Shown piece by piece: positions 47,668 to 57,278 of a stretch of DNA of 64,000 nt. The notes beneath the pieces were generated by a model. The model saw nothing but the letters and a program-made list of their open reading frames with translations. It ran no database searches and had not been told where the DNA came from. Both the position numbers and the translations under genes were made by a program. Position 1 is the stretch's first letter. Every line of letters starts with the position of its first letter. This DNA comes from Gemmatimonadota bacterium (GTDB taxonomy: Bacteria > Gemmatimonadota > Gemmatimonadetes > Longimicrobiales > Gaopeijiaceae). Where the stretch lies: positions 27,206 through 91,205 of the forward strand of contig DQPL01000123.1 of assembly GCA_015664885.1 (NCBI GenBank), given 5' to 3'.

Positions 47668-49847
47668 CAGAAGATCGAGACGCCGAGGATGATCAGGACG
47701 CCGACGGTGAGAATGAATGCGTAGGTGTTCAGGGTCCCAGTCTGGAACATGCTGACGACGAAGCCCACGCCTCGCGCCGCAAAGCCGACACCGTTGACGA
47801 TGCCGTCAATGATGCCCACATCGATCACGTTCCAGCAGAAGCGCGATAGCGCCAAGATCGGCTGGACGATGATGCGGTCGTAGAGCTCGTCCACATACCA
47901 TTTGTTGTAGAGCACCTTGGCGAAGCCGATCGGCTCGACGTCTTCGGCGGCGGGCACGATCTTCTGGCCGCCGACGTATCGGAACGAGACGAGCACCACC
48001 GCAATCGCCGCCGCGCCTGAAAGCACGGCCCAGACGACTTCTCCGCCACCCACGATGGGCGCACTCTCAGCGAGCACGCCGAGGTTGAGATCCTGGATGA
48101 GCTGCGCCTGCTCCGTGATTGGATGCAGCCATTCGTGCAGCCAGCCACTGGTGAGCGGGCCCAGACCGAGAATCGAATCGCGCAGGTGCTCGGAGACGTT
48201 GACCCATCCGCCGACCACCGCGAGCACCGCCAGAACCGCGAGCGGCGCCCACATGACCGCGGGCGCCTCGTGCAGCGCCTTCTCCTCTTGGTCCCCAGTA
48301 CGATTCTCACCGTGGAAAGTCATGACCATCATGCGCGTCATGTAAAACGCCGTGAGCATGGCCGCGGCCAATGCGATCAGCCAGAACACCGTATAGAGCG
48401 CCGGATAGGGCGCATTGGCGGCGCCTCCGAACGCGGCGGTCTGCCAGATGATCTCATCCTTCGAGAAGAAGCCGGCGAACGGCCAGATGCCCGCGATCGC
48501 GAGGGTCGCGATCCACATGGTCGCGCAGGTGATGGGCATGTGCTTCCTGAGGCCGCCCATGTTGCGCATGTCCTGCCCATCTTCGTGGCTGTGCGTGCTG
48601 TGATACGCCACGTGCATCGAATGAATCACCGCGCCCGCGCCCAGAAAGAGCAGCGCCTTGAAGAACGCGTGCGTCATCAGATGGAAGATGCCCGCGCTGT
48701 ACGCTCCGACCCCGACACCGACGAACATGTAGCCAAGCTGCGACACGGTGGAGTAGGCGAGAACCTTCTTGATGTCGTTCTGTTTGAGCGCGATGGTCGC
48801 CGCAAACAGCGCGGTGAGCACCCCCACTCCAGCAACCGTGGCACTGGCAACAGGCGCGAGCGCGAACAGCACCGACGAACGCGCCACGAGGTACACGCCG
48901 GCCGTAACCATGGTAGCTGCGTGGATGAGCGCGGAGACCGGCGTGGGTCCTGCCATCGCGTCCGGCAACCACACATAGAGCGGCATCTGCGCGCTCTTGC
49001 CGGCGGCGCCCAGGAAGAAGAAGAGCGTGATGGTCGTGACGAGCGCACCGCCGTAGGCGAACGCTTCTTCTGCTCCCGCAAAGATCGGTACGAAGTCCAA
49101 GGTGCCGAACGTCGTGAACAGGTAGAACATGGCGACAAGGAAGCCCAGGTCGCCAATGCGATTGACGATGAAGGCCTTCTTGCCCGCGTCAGACTTCTCG
49201 CGGTCGCTGAACCAGAATCCGATCAACAGGTAGGAGCACAGCCCTACACCTTCCCAGCCCACGAACATGAGCGGATAGCTCGCGCCCATCACGAGCACGA
49301 GCATGAAGAAGATGAAGAGGTTGAGGTAGGCGAAGTACCGGGGATAACCCGGATCGTCCTTCATGTAGCCGACGCTGAACACGTGGATCAGGAAACCCAC
49401 GCCCGTGACGATCATCATCATGACCATCGAGAGCTGATCGAGCTGGAGCGCAGCGTCTACACTGAAGGTGCCCGTCGCCATCCACGTCCAATACGTGACG
49501 ACCACCGGCTCCTCGAGATGCGCCCCCAACATGCGCGCGAAGTTGACCGATGTAATCACAAAGGCCAGCAGCAACACACCCGGGCCGATCAGGCTCGGGA
49601 GGGTGTGCGTCAGCGGCCGACCGCCCTCATCGAGGTCGAGCTCCCCACCCGCGCGCACAGCCTCCGCAGACCTCGTCGCGTGCCGTAGCGCGAGCACGCC
49701 GTTGAGCACGAAGCCGAGCAGCGGCAAGAGCACGATCAGTCCCGGCAGGAACGGCTCGAAGTGTGCGCCGCTTTCGGCGGCTTCTTGGCCCCCCGCTGAG
49801 GCGGCTTCGCCGACTTGGAACAAGACCGCTGCTAAGGAAGCGTACAT
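47667..49847 (-). CDS. nuoL: NADH-quinone oxidoreductase subunit L
   Basis: Contains 'WLPDAMAGPTPVSALIHAATMV'. 726 aa with a long C-terminal extension. Operon position. Confidence 0.9.
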   Translation of the reverse strand: MYASLAAVLFQVGEAASAGGQEAAESGAHFEPFLPGLIVLLPLLGFVLNGVLALRHATRSAEAVRAGGELDLDEGGRPLTHTLPSLIGPGVLLLAFVITSVNFARMLGAHLEEPVVVTYWTWMATGTFSVDAALQLDQLSMVMMMIVTGVGFLIHVFSVGYMKDDPGYPRYFAYLNLFIFFMLVLVMGASYPLMFVGWEGVGLCSYLLIGFWFSDREKSDAGKKAFIVNRIGDLGFLVAMFYLFTTFGTLDFVPIFAGAEEAFAYGGALVTTITLFFFLGAAGKSAQMPLYVWLPDAMAGPTPVSALIHAATMVTAGVYLVARSSVLFALAPVASATVAGVGVLTALFAATIALKQNDIKKVLAYSTVSQLGYMFVGVGVGAYSAGIFHLMTHAFFKALLFLGAGAVIHSMHVAYHSTHSHEDGQDMRNMGGLRKHMPITCATMWIATLAIAGIWPFAGFFSKDEIIWQTAAFGGAANAPYPALYTVFWLIALAAAMLTAFYMTRMMVMTFHGENRTGDQEEKALHEAPAVMWAPLAVLAVLAVVGGWVNVSEHLRDSILGLGPLTSGWLHEWLHPITEQAQLIQDLNLGVLAESAPIVGGGEVVWAVLSGAAAIAVVLVSFRYVGGQKIVPAAEDVEPIGFAKVLYNKWYVDELYDRIIVQPILALSRFCWNVIDVGIIDGIVNGVGFAARGVGFVVSMFQTGTLNTYAFILTVGVLIILGVSIF

Positions 49848-49851
49848 GCCG

Positions 49852-50145
49852 CTACCACCTCAGCAGTTTGAAATTGCCCACATCAACCGTCTTGTAGTGC
49901 CGGAAGATGGAGATGATGATCGCGAGGCCGACAGCCGCTTCGGCGGCCGCGACGGTCATGACGAAGAAGACGAAAATCTGCCCGTCCATGCCGTGCAACC
50001 GGGAGAACGCCACGAACGACAAGTTGACGGCGTTGAGCTGAAGCTCGATGCACAAGAACATGATGATGGCGTTCCGACGCACGAGCACGCCCAGGGTACC
50101 AATCACGAACAGGAAGGCGCTGAGAACGAGCGCTTCGGTGATCAT
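49852..50145 (-). CDS. nuoK: NADH-quinone oxidoreductase subunit K
   Basis: 97 aa with 3 TM helices. Contains 'ELQLNAVNL' and '[11 protein letters not shown]'. Confidence 0.9.
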   Translation of the reverse strand: MITEALVLSAFLFVIGTLGVLVRRNAIIMFLCIELQLNAVNLSFVAFSRLHGMDGQIFVFFVMTVAAAEAAVGLAIIISIFRHYKTVDVGNFKLLRW

Positions 50146-50660
50146 GCGACGTTCTTCTTGGCAAGCACGAGCGCACCCACGATGGCCACCAGCAGCAAAA
50201 TGCCAGTGATCTCGAAGGGCACGACGTACGTCGTGTAGAGCGGCTGAGCGATCGCGCCCACCACGCCGTGTTGTGCGATCGCCGCATCGATCGCGGCAGC
50301 GCCGGGACCACTATCGGAGAGATCGGCAGCACCCAACTGTCTCGACAACACGTACGCCATCGCCCCAACCGTGGCGAAGGAGACCAACGAGAAGGCGCCG
50401 ACCTTGAGGTCCTTCTGATAATCGTGCCCCAGATTCAGCAGCATGATCACGAAAAGGAACAGCACCATAATCGCGCCAGCGTACACGATAATTTGGATCG
50501 CCGCCAAGAAGTGAGCCTCCAGCAGCACGAAGATCGCCGCCATGCTGCCCAGCGTCGCAATCATGGAAAGCAGGCTACCTACGGGACTCCTCGATATCAC
50601 CACCCCAATCGCCCCCCCAACCGCAACCGCTGCAAAGACGTAGAAAAGGAAAGTGACCAT
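50142..50660 (-). CDS. nuoJ: NADH-quinone oxidoreductase subunit J
   Basis: Contains '[23 protein letters not shown]'. Operon position. Overlaps nuoK as ATGA. Confidence 0.9.
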   Translation of the reverse strand: MVTFLFYVFAAVAVGGAIGVVISRSPVGSLLSMIATLGSMAAIFVLLEAHFLAAIQIIVYAGAIMVLFLFVIMLLNLGHDYQKDLKVGAFSLVSFATVGAMAYVLSRQLGAADLSDSGPGAAAIDAAIAQHGVVGAIAQPLYTTYVVPFEITGILLLVAIVGALVLAKKNVA

Positions 50661-51161
50661 TTACTCGCCCCGCGGATCCGACGGATCCCACAACAGCGTC
50701 ACGGGGTGGTCTTGTTCCATGAGGCGGTCCAAATCGTATATGAAGCGGTCGCGCGTGTACTCGGCATTCTCGAAGTGGCGCCCCACATGAATCGCTTCAA
50801 CCGGGCAGACCTCCTGGCACATGCCGCAGAAGATGCACCGGAACTCGTCGATCTCGTATACGACCGGGTACCGATTGCCCTGGTCGTCCTCGCCACCGAC
50901 GAGGCGGATACAGTTGGCCGGGCACACGGTCGGACAGAGGCCACACGCAACGCATTTGGGGCGTCCGTCCGCGTGTACTTCCATGCGATGCGTGCCGCGC
51001 CAGCGCGGGCTCAGGTCGGTTTGCTCTTCGGGATACTGCTGGGTCACAGCCGCCGGGTTCACCATGTGCTTGAACGTGAGCGCCATTCCGCTCAAAGCGG
51101 CCCGGAGATACGACGTCGTCTCGGGCTCCGGTCGGTGCATGACTTTGACTGAAATGGCCAT
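50661..51161 (-). CDS. nuoI: NADH-quinone oxidoreductase subunit I
   Basis: Two 4Fe-4S motifs, 'CVACGLCPTVCP' and 'CIFCGMCQEVCP'. Confidence 0.95.
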   Translation of the reverse strand: MAISVKVMHRPEPETTSYLRAALSGMALTFKHMVNPAAVTQQYPEEQTDLSPRWRGTHRMEVHADGRPKCVACGLCPTVCPANCIRLVGGEDDQGNRYPVVYEIDEFRCIFCGMCQEVCPVEAIHVGRHFENAEYTRDRFIYDLDRLMEQDHPVTLLWDPSDPRGE

Positions 51162-51171
51162 AAGCAGACGC

Positions 51172-52455
51172 TCAATCCCCCGCGGAAGCGGGTTGTGAGA
51201 TGGTTTTGACCTCGACCTTCTGTGCGTATTGGGCAGCCGCGCCGGTGATGGTGCGGCCGCGGTCCAGGAAGAACACGAAGCCCACGGTCGCTACCGTGCT
51301 GACCGCGGTGAGTGCGGCCCCGTAGCTGAAGCCCCACGGGACTCCGACTTCGTCGAGCACCAAGATGGAGCCGCCGATCAGCATGACATAGGCGAGCGCG
51401 GTGGGCAGCATGACTTTCCACCCCAGCGCCATTACCTGGTCATAGCGGAAGCGTGGCAGCGTCCAGCGGATCCAGATGAAGAGCAGCAGGAAGAAGCCGG
51501 TCTTGGCCGCAAAGCCGCCGAACGTCGCGAGGGTCTTCCAAAGTGCCGGGCTCGCGAGCACCACGGTACCGTCGGCCGCGAAACCCTTGATGAGCTGACC
51601 GTCGTACCAGAAGGCGTTGTCCCAGGTACCGGGCAGATCCCAACCGCCCAGGAAGAGCGTAGCCATGAGCGCTGACGCGGTCACCATGTGGCCGAACTCG
51701 CCGATCATGAAGGCCGAGAACTTCATCGCCGAGTACTCGGTGTGGTACCCGGTGATGAGCTCCGACTCGGCTTCCGCCATGTCGAAGGGAAGCCGGTTGG
51801 TCTCGGCGAACGCCGAGATCACGAACAGGATGAAGGCCAGCGAGAGCGGGAAGGCGAACCACATGCCGAGCTGTTGCTGCTGCCAAACGATCTCGGTGAG
51901 CGTCACGTTGCCCGCCAACATCAGTACCGTAATCAGCGAGAGTCCGAGCGCGACTTCGTAGCTCACCATCTGCGCCGATGCGCGCAGCGCGCCCAGGAAG
52001 GCGTACTTGTTGTTCGACGCCCACCCTCCGAGCACGACGCCATATACCGCGAGGGAGCTGAACGCGAGCACGTACAAGATCCCGATCGGTATGTCCGCTA
52101 CGATCATGTCGACGACGCCGGCGGGCGTGGGCAGCGGCGCGGCAAACGGGATGACGGCGAACGTCACCAGCGCCGGTGCGAGCACCAGCATCGGAGCCAG
52201 CACGAAGAAGACCCTCGAAGCCGTCGCCGGGACTGTTTCTTCTTTCAGGAGGCTCTTGAGGCCATCCGCGATGGGCTGCAGCAGTCCGAACGGACCCACT
52301 CGATTGGGACCGTGGCGGTCCTGAATCCAAGCCGAAACACGGCGCTCCGCGAGCGTCGTGTACGCCACCACCAGCATCAGCACGGTGAACATGCCCGTGA
52401 CTTTGAGGCTCATCGCAACGATCGCCCAGATCCCCGAGATGGGTTGAAACTCCAT
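51172..52455 (-). CDS. nuoH: NADH-quinone oxidoreductase subunit H
   Basis: Contains 'AERRVSAWIQDRHGPNRVGPFGLLQPIADG' and 'ETNRLPFDMAEAESEL'. Confidence 0.95.
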   Translation of the reverse strand: MEFQPISGIWAIVAMSLKVTGMFTVLMLVVAYTTLAERRVSAWIQDRHGPNRVGPFGLLQPIADGLKSLLKEETVPATASRVFFVLAPMLVLAPALVTFAVIPFAAPLPTPAGVVDMIVADIPIGILYVLAFSSLAVYGVVLGGWASNNKYAFLGALRASAQMVSYEVALGLSLITVLMLAGNVTLTEIVWQQQQLGMWFAFPLSLAFILFVISAFAETNRLPFDMAEAESELITGYHTEYSAMKFSAFMIGEFGHMVTASALMATLFLGGWDLPGTWDNAFWYDGQLIKGFAADGTVVLASPALWKTLATFGGFAAKTGFFLLLFIWIRWTLPRFRYDQVMALGWKVMLPTALAYVMLIGGSILVLDEVGVPWGFSYGAALTAVSTVATVGFVFFLDRGRTITGAAAQYAQKVEVKTISQPASAGD

Positions 52456-52459
52456 CCGG

Positions 52460-54046
52460 TCAGTCCCCCGACAACTGCACGGGTTCGTTCACAAGAGCAC
52501 CGCGCGTGCCGATGTCGTCGTACGTCAGGCCACTGAAAGCCGGGACCGCGCTAGCGAGTGCCGCGAACGCGTCCGCGGCAGTGCGTGGCAGGTCGGCCTC
52601 GGTCAGCTCGGCTACCAGCGCTCCCAGAATGAGCCATGGCGGGCGGGCCATGCCCGGAGCCTGCAAGCCGGGCCAGAAGCGCTGTACGCGCCCGGCCACG
52701 TTTGTGAACGTGCCCTCCTGCTCGGCAAACGTTGTCACGGGGAGCACGAAGCTCGCGTTGGCCGAAGCCTCCGACTCGTGACTGCCGAGGAAGACATAAA
52801 GCGCCGCGTTCTTGCCGAAGTCCGCGGGCTGGTCCTCGAGCGCATCCCCGAGCACCACCAGCACGCCGTCATGGCCGGCCACGTCCGCGAGGCCTCCGGT
52901 CGCGTCATCGGCTCCCGCCCGCTCCAGGCCCATGAGCTCGGCGCCGGTGGTGTTGGCCGAGAGGTCCTTTCGACGCGCTAGCGACGGGAAGCCCTTGAGT
53001 ACGATCTCTTCTTCGGCGCGGGCCGAGCGGTACACGGTCTCGCCACCGCCGAGCGCCTCGACCAACGCCTTGAGCGCGCCGAGATCCTCGTTGGAAGCGA
53101 GGGGCGAAGCGACAGCCTTCACCGCACCAGCGCCGTTCGCCTGCTCGAGCAGCGCGCCCAGCACCTCCTTCCAATCAACAGCCTTGGAGCCGCCGTTGCC
53201 GTCTCGCACCAGCGGTGCTTCGATGCGAGTGCCTTGATTGATCCACTCGTAGTTTTCGCGACCGTGGTCGCACATCCACCAACCATTGACGTCCAGGTTT
53301 TCGCGCGGCTTGAGGCGCTGCACCAGGTTGTCCCGGGTGTGCAGGTCGATGTTGCAACCTTGCGAGCAGCTCGTGCAGATCGAGGGCGTGTGCTCGAGGT
53401 CCCAGGCGCGCGCCTTGTGCAGAAAGTCCTTCGAGACCAAAGCGCCTACAGGGCAGATATCGACGATGTTGCCGTGCCAATTCGTGCCGTCGAGACCCTC
53501 TTCGAAAAAGGTGTCGATGACCGAGCGGTTGCCTCGATCCACCACGGTGAGCCGTGTGTCCTGCTCCACTTCGCTCATGAAGCGGACGCAGCGCGTGCAC
53601 ATGACGCAGCGGTCGCCGTAGAAAAGCACGTCACCACCGAAGTCGTCTCGCCCGAACACCCTCTTAGGCTCCCGCGAGCGCCCGCTGTCACGGCCTTCTT
53701 CGTGTACGTAGTCCTGAAGGCTGCACTCACCGGACATGTCGCAGATCGGGCAGTCCAGCGGATGGTTGACCAGGTAGAATTCGAGCACCGCCTTGCGACT
53801 CGCCGTGGCCTCCTCAGACTGCGTGTGCACCACCTGGCCGTCCATCACGGTGGTCACGCAACTGGGCATGGGCTTGGGCGCACCCTCGACCTCGACCAGG
53901 CAGAGCCGGCACATGGCCGGAGACGACATGCCCGGGTGATAGCAATAGTGCGGGACTTGCTGCCCGATCGTCTTCGCGGCTTCCAGGATGGTGGTTCCCT
54001 TGGGGACCGTGACCTCCTGGCCGTCGATGGTGAGCGTGACTGGCAT
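52460..54046 (-). CDS. nuoG: NADH-quinone oxidoreductase subunit G (short form, 528 aa)
   Basis: The N-terminal 2Fe-2S motif is 'CYHP...CRLCLVEV'. Contains 'HPLDCPICDMSGEC' and further 4Fe-4S Cys clusters. Confidence 0.9.
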   Translation of the reverse strand: MPVTLTIDGQEVTVPKGTTILEAAKTIGQQVPHYCYHPGMSSPAMCRLCLVEVEGAPKPMPSCVTTVMDGQVVHTQSEEATASRKAVLEFYLVNHPLDCPICDMSGECSLQDYVHEEGRDSGRSREPKRVFGRDDFGGDVLFYGDRCVMCTRCVRFMSEVEQDTRLTVVDRGNRSVIDTFFEEGLDGTNWHGNIVDICPVGALVSKDFLHKARAWDLEHTPSICTSCSQGCNIDLHTRDNLVQRLKPRENLDVNGWWMCDHGRENYEWINQGTRIEAPLVRDGNGGSKAVDWKEVLGALLEQANGAGAVKAVASPLASNEDLGALKALVEALGGGETVYRSARAEEEIVLKGFPSLARRKDLSANTTGAELMGLERAGADDATGGLADVAGHDGVLVVLGDALEDQPADFGKNAALYVFLGSHESEASANASFVLPVTTFAEQEGTFTNVAGRVQRFWPGLQAPGMARPPWLILGALVAELTEADLPRTAADAFAALASAVPAFSGLTYDDIGTRGALVNEPVQLSGD

Positions 54047-55338
54047 CAGGCCGCTCCCACGCGCTCACCGCGCCGGATCAACGCGAGATACTCGTCTCTG
54101 AACTTCTCGATGGACGATTGCACCGGAGCCGCCACGGAGTCGGACAGCACGCAGATCGTGGTGCCCACCATGTTCTGGGTCATCTCCATCAGCGTGTCGA
54201 GATCGTCCTCGGTGCCCTTCCCGTTCTCAATCCGCCTGAGGATCTGAGCGGTCCACGTCGTGCCCTCGCGACACGGCGTGCATAGCCCGCAGGACTCGTG
54301 CGCATAGAAGTCGACCATGCGGCGTACCTGCTTCACGATGTCGGTGGTCTCGTCCATCACGATGACCGAGGCGCAGCCGAGCATCGTACCGACGTCGACG
54401 CAGCCCTCGTAGTCGAGCTTACAGGCACGAGCTTCTTCGGCATTGATGAGTGGCACCGAAGAGCCACCCGGGATCACTGCCTTCAACGCGTTGCCGTCCT
54501 TCATCCCCCCGCAAACGTCTTCGATGAGCTCGATGAGCGGGAAGCCGAGCGGGAGCTCGTAGTTGCCGGGCTTGATCACGTGGCCGCTCACGCAGAACAG
54601 CTTGGTGCCAGGACTCTTTTCGGTCCCCCACTGCCGGTACCACTCGCCCCCGTTTTTGACGATGTGCGGAATGGCGCACAGGGTCTCGACGTTGTTGATC
54701 GTTGACGGCTTGCCGAATGCACCGACCGCGGCCGGGAACGGCGGCTTGATGCGAGGCTCGCCACGGCGTCCTTCCAGCGAGTTCATCATGCCGGTTTCTT
54801 CGCCGCAGATGTACGCGCCGGCTCCCTGGTGAACCGTGACCTCGATGTCGTGGCCGGAGTCGAGGATGTTCTCGCCGATGTAGCCCTTGGCGTAGGCGTC
54901 CTCGACCGCGCGCGCCAGAACCTGGTTCGCCTCGAAGAACTCGCCTCGACAATAGATGTAGACGTGCTGGGCGCGGATCGCGTGGGCGCCAATCAGGCAG
55001 CCCTCGATGAGCTGATGCGGATCCCAGCGCATGAGCTCACGGTCCTTGAACGTGCCGGGCTCCGACTCATCCGCGTTGCACAGCAGGTAGTGGGCCTTCT
55101 TCTTCTCCTTGGGCATGAAGGACCACTTCACTCCCGTGGGAAATCCGGCACCACCGCGTCCACGAAGACCCGACGACTTCACGATCTCGACCACGTCGTC
55201 CGGGCCCATGCCGAGCGCCTTCTCGAGCGCCGAGTACCCGCCTCGCTTCACGTAGGTCTCGATGTGCCGCTGTTTCGGGTCACCGAAATACGTGCTGAGG
55301 AGGCGGACCTCTCTGTCGGACACGTAGGGGTAGGCCAC
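54046..55338 (-). CDS. nuoF: NADH-quinone oxidoreductase subunit F
   Basis: Contains 'GLRGRGGAGFPTGVKW', 'CNADESEPGTFKDR' and 'ESCGLCTPCREG'. Confidence 0.95.
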   Translation of the reverse strand: MAYPYVSDREVRLLSTYFGDPKQRHIETYVKRGGYSALEKALGMGPDDVVEIVKSSGLRGRGGAGFPTGVKWSFMPKEKKKAHYLLCNADESEPGTFKDRELMRWDPHQLIEGCLIGAHAIRAQHVYIYCRGEFFEANQVLARAVEDAYAKGYIGENILDSGHDIEVTVHQGAGAYICGEETGMMNSLEGRRGEPRIKPPFPAAVGAFGKPSTINNVETLCAIPHIVKNGGEWYRQWGTEKSPGTKLFCVSGHVIKPGNYELPLGFPLIELIEDVCGGMKDGNALKAVIPGGSSVPLINAEEARACKLDYEGCVDVGTMLGCASVIVMDETTDIVKQVRRMVDFYAHESCGLCTPCREGTTWTAQILRRIENGKGTEDDLDTLMEMTQNMVGTTICVLSDSVAAPVQSSIEKFRDEYLALIRRGERVGAA

Positions 55339-56001
55339 TTAGCTGTCCCCGTCGGTCTGCGCCTTGAGGTGCTCGACGATCTTGGGCACTTCGCTGGGCG
55401 TCACGTTCTCGTAGTAGCGCGAGTTGATCTGCACGCAGGTGGGAAAGCCGCACGCGGCGAGGCACTCGGCCTCGATCACGGTGAAATTCCCGTCCTCGGA
55501 GGTTTCACCCAATTCGGTGTCGGTGTAGCGCAGAAAGGCCTCGACCACGTCGTCGGCGCCACAGAGGCTGCACGAAATGTTCGTGCATACCTGGACCAGA
55601 TGCCGGCCGACCGGTCGCTTGTTGTACATCGTGTAGAACGTGGTGACGCCGCGAACGTAGGCAGGGGACAGCCCGAGCAACTCGGCGACGCGATCCATTG
55701 AAGCTGCGCTCACGTACCCACGCAGCTCCTGCGTGAGCGCTAATGTGGGTAGCAATGCGGCCTGCTTGTCCGGGTAGCGGGTCAGAATCTTGTCGAACCT
55801 CTCCTGGTACTCTCCCTCGAAGAGCTTCGCGTCAGGATTGGTTTCGGGCAGCATGAACGGCATCGTGCCCGCGCCCGAGGCATGTCCGCCGTGAAGGGGA
55901 CGCGTACCGACGAAATCGTCGCCCCTGACTTCCTCTTCGGTGAGATCGAACTCACCGGTATTGCCGGCCCAACCCGGATTCTTGAACGGAACGTCGCTCA
56001 C
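55339..56001 (-). CDS. nuoE: NADH-quinone oxidoreductase subunit E
   Basis: 2Fe-2S motifs 'VCTNISCSLCG' and 'ECLAACG'. GTG 56001 overlaps the nuoD TGA as GTGA. An alternative ATG at 55863 gives a canonical 174-aa protein. Confidence 0.85.
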   Translation of the reverse strand: MSDVPFKNPGWAGNTGEFDLTEEEVRGDDFVGTRPLHGGHASGAGTMPFMLPETNPDAKLFEGEYQERFDKILTRYPDKQAALLPTLALTQELRGYVSAASMDRVAELLGLSPAYVRGVTTFYTMYNKRPVGRHLVQVCTNISCSLCGADDVVEAFLRYTDTELGETSEDGNFTVIEAECLAACGFPTCVQINSRYYENVTPSEVPKIVEHLKAQTDGDS

Positions 56002-57278
56002 CGATCGATCTCCCCGAGCACGATGTCCAGGCTGGCGTTGATCATGATCAGATCCGAAACCAGATGTCCCTCGGCGAGCTTCGCGATTACCGAAAGGTTC
56101 ACGAACGACGGTGGGCGCACGCGCCAGCGCACCGGCTTGGTGTCCCCTTCTTCTGCGACCAAGTACATGCCGAGCTCGCCCTTGGAGCCTTCGATCGCGA
56201 AGTAGCAATCGCCTTCGGGCGCGGGAATGCCGTCGGTGATCACCTTGAAGTGATGGATCATGCTCTCCATGTCGGACATGGCGTCGGTCTTGGAGGGCAG
56301 CGAGATGTTCGGGTCCTCTACGTTGATGGGTCCGTCCGGCAAACGCTCGAGCGCCTGGCGCAGGATGCCCACGCTCTGCTGCATCTCTTCCATGCGGCAC
56401 AGATAGCGGTCGTAGCAGTCGCCGTGCTCCCCGACTGGTATCTCGAAGTCGTAGGTCTCGTAGTCGTAGTACGGCCGGTCTCGGCGCACGTCGTAGTCGA
56501 CGCCGGCGGCGCGCAGGTTGGGACCGGTGAAGCCGTAATTGATGGCGTCCGCACCGTTGATCGCGCCGATGCCTTGCGTGCGACCTATGTGGATCTGATT
56601 CCGGGTGAGTAGCTGGTGCACCTCCGCGAGCGTGTCCGGGAACGTGTCCAAGAACTCGCCCAGCGCCTCGGTCCACCCCTCCGGAAGGTCCGCCATCATC
56701 CCTCCGACGCGCGTGGCCGACGTCGTGATGCGAGCCCCCGTTAACGACTCATGCAGCTTGTAGATGCGTTCGCGTTCCTGGAACGAGTACAGGAAGGGCG
56801 TGAACGCACCAACGTCGATGGCGGTCGTGCCGAGCCAGAGCAGATGCCCGAAGATCCGGTCCATCTCCATGAGAATCACACGGACCACCTTGCAGCGTTC
56901 GGTGACCTCGATACCCATGAGCTTCTCGACCGACATCACATAGGCGCAGTTGTAGATGAGCGGCGCCAGATAATCCATGCGGTCGGTGAGCGTAACGATC
57001 TGATTCCACGAGCGGTACTCGCCGAGCTTCTCGAAGGAAGAGTGCAGGTACCCGATGTCCGGGACGACGCTCTTCACCGTCTCGCCATCGAGTTCGCAGA
57101 CCAAGCGCAGCACTCCATGCGTGGCCGGATGCTGCGGCCCGATGTTGATGAGCATGTGCTCGGTATTCATGTCCGGCTCGGCGATGTCGAACGGGGCGAT
57201 CGGGCTGAGCGAAGGATTTCCGTCCACGCCCATTTCACGTCCGCGCGCGACTTCGAGCTCTATCGTCTTCTGCGCCAT
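55998..57278 (-). CDS. nuoD: NADH-quinone oxidoreductase subunit D
   Basis: Contains 'NIGPQHPATHGVLRL' and 'EGSKGELG', and ends 'DIVLGEIDR'. Confidence 0.95.
   Translation of the reverse strand: MAQKTIELEVARGREMGVDGNPSLSPIAPFDIAEPDMNTEHMLINIGPQHPATHGVLRLVCELDGETVKSVVPDIGYLHSSFEKLGEYRSWNQIVTLTDRMDYLAPLIYNCAYVMSVEKLMGIEVTERCKVVRVILMEMDRIFGHLLWLGTTAIDVGAFTPFLYSFQERERIYKLHESLTGARITTSATRVGGMMADLPEGWTEALGEFLDTFPDTLAEVHQLLTRNQIHIGRTQGIGAINGADAINYGFTGPNLRAAGVDYDVRRDRPYYDYETYDFEIPVGEHGDCYDRYLCRMEEMQQSVGILRQALERLPDGPINVEDPNISLPSKTDAMSDMESMIHHFKVITDGIPAPEGDCYFAIEGSKGELGMYLVAEEGDTKPVRWRVRPPSFVNLSVIAKLAEGHLVSDLIMINASLDIVLGEIDR

Noticed and set aside
48123-49688. A 521-aa ORF antisense to nuoL. Similar cases are 44292-45725 antisense to nuoN and 46948-47604 antisense to nuoM.
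   Set aside because: The composition is extremely Arg/His/Glu/Asp-rich with no motifs. These ORFs lie fully inside well-supported nuo genes. Long antisense ORFs are expected in GC-rich DNA with GC3 bias.
55339-56676. A 445-aa ORF in the track that would make a giant NuoE.
   Set aside because: Its N-terminal ~220 aa run out of frame through nuoD and are Arg-rich and non-protein-like. Only the part from GTG 56001 (or ATG 55863) onward matches NuoE.
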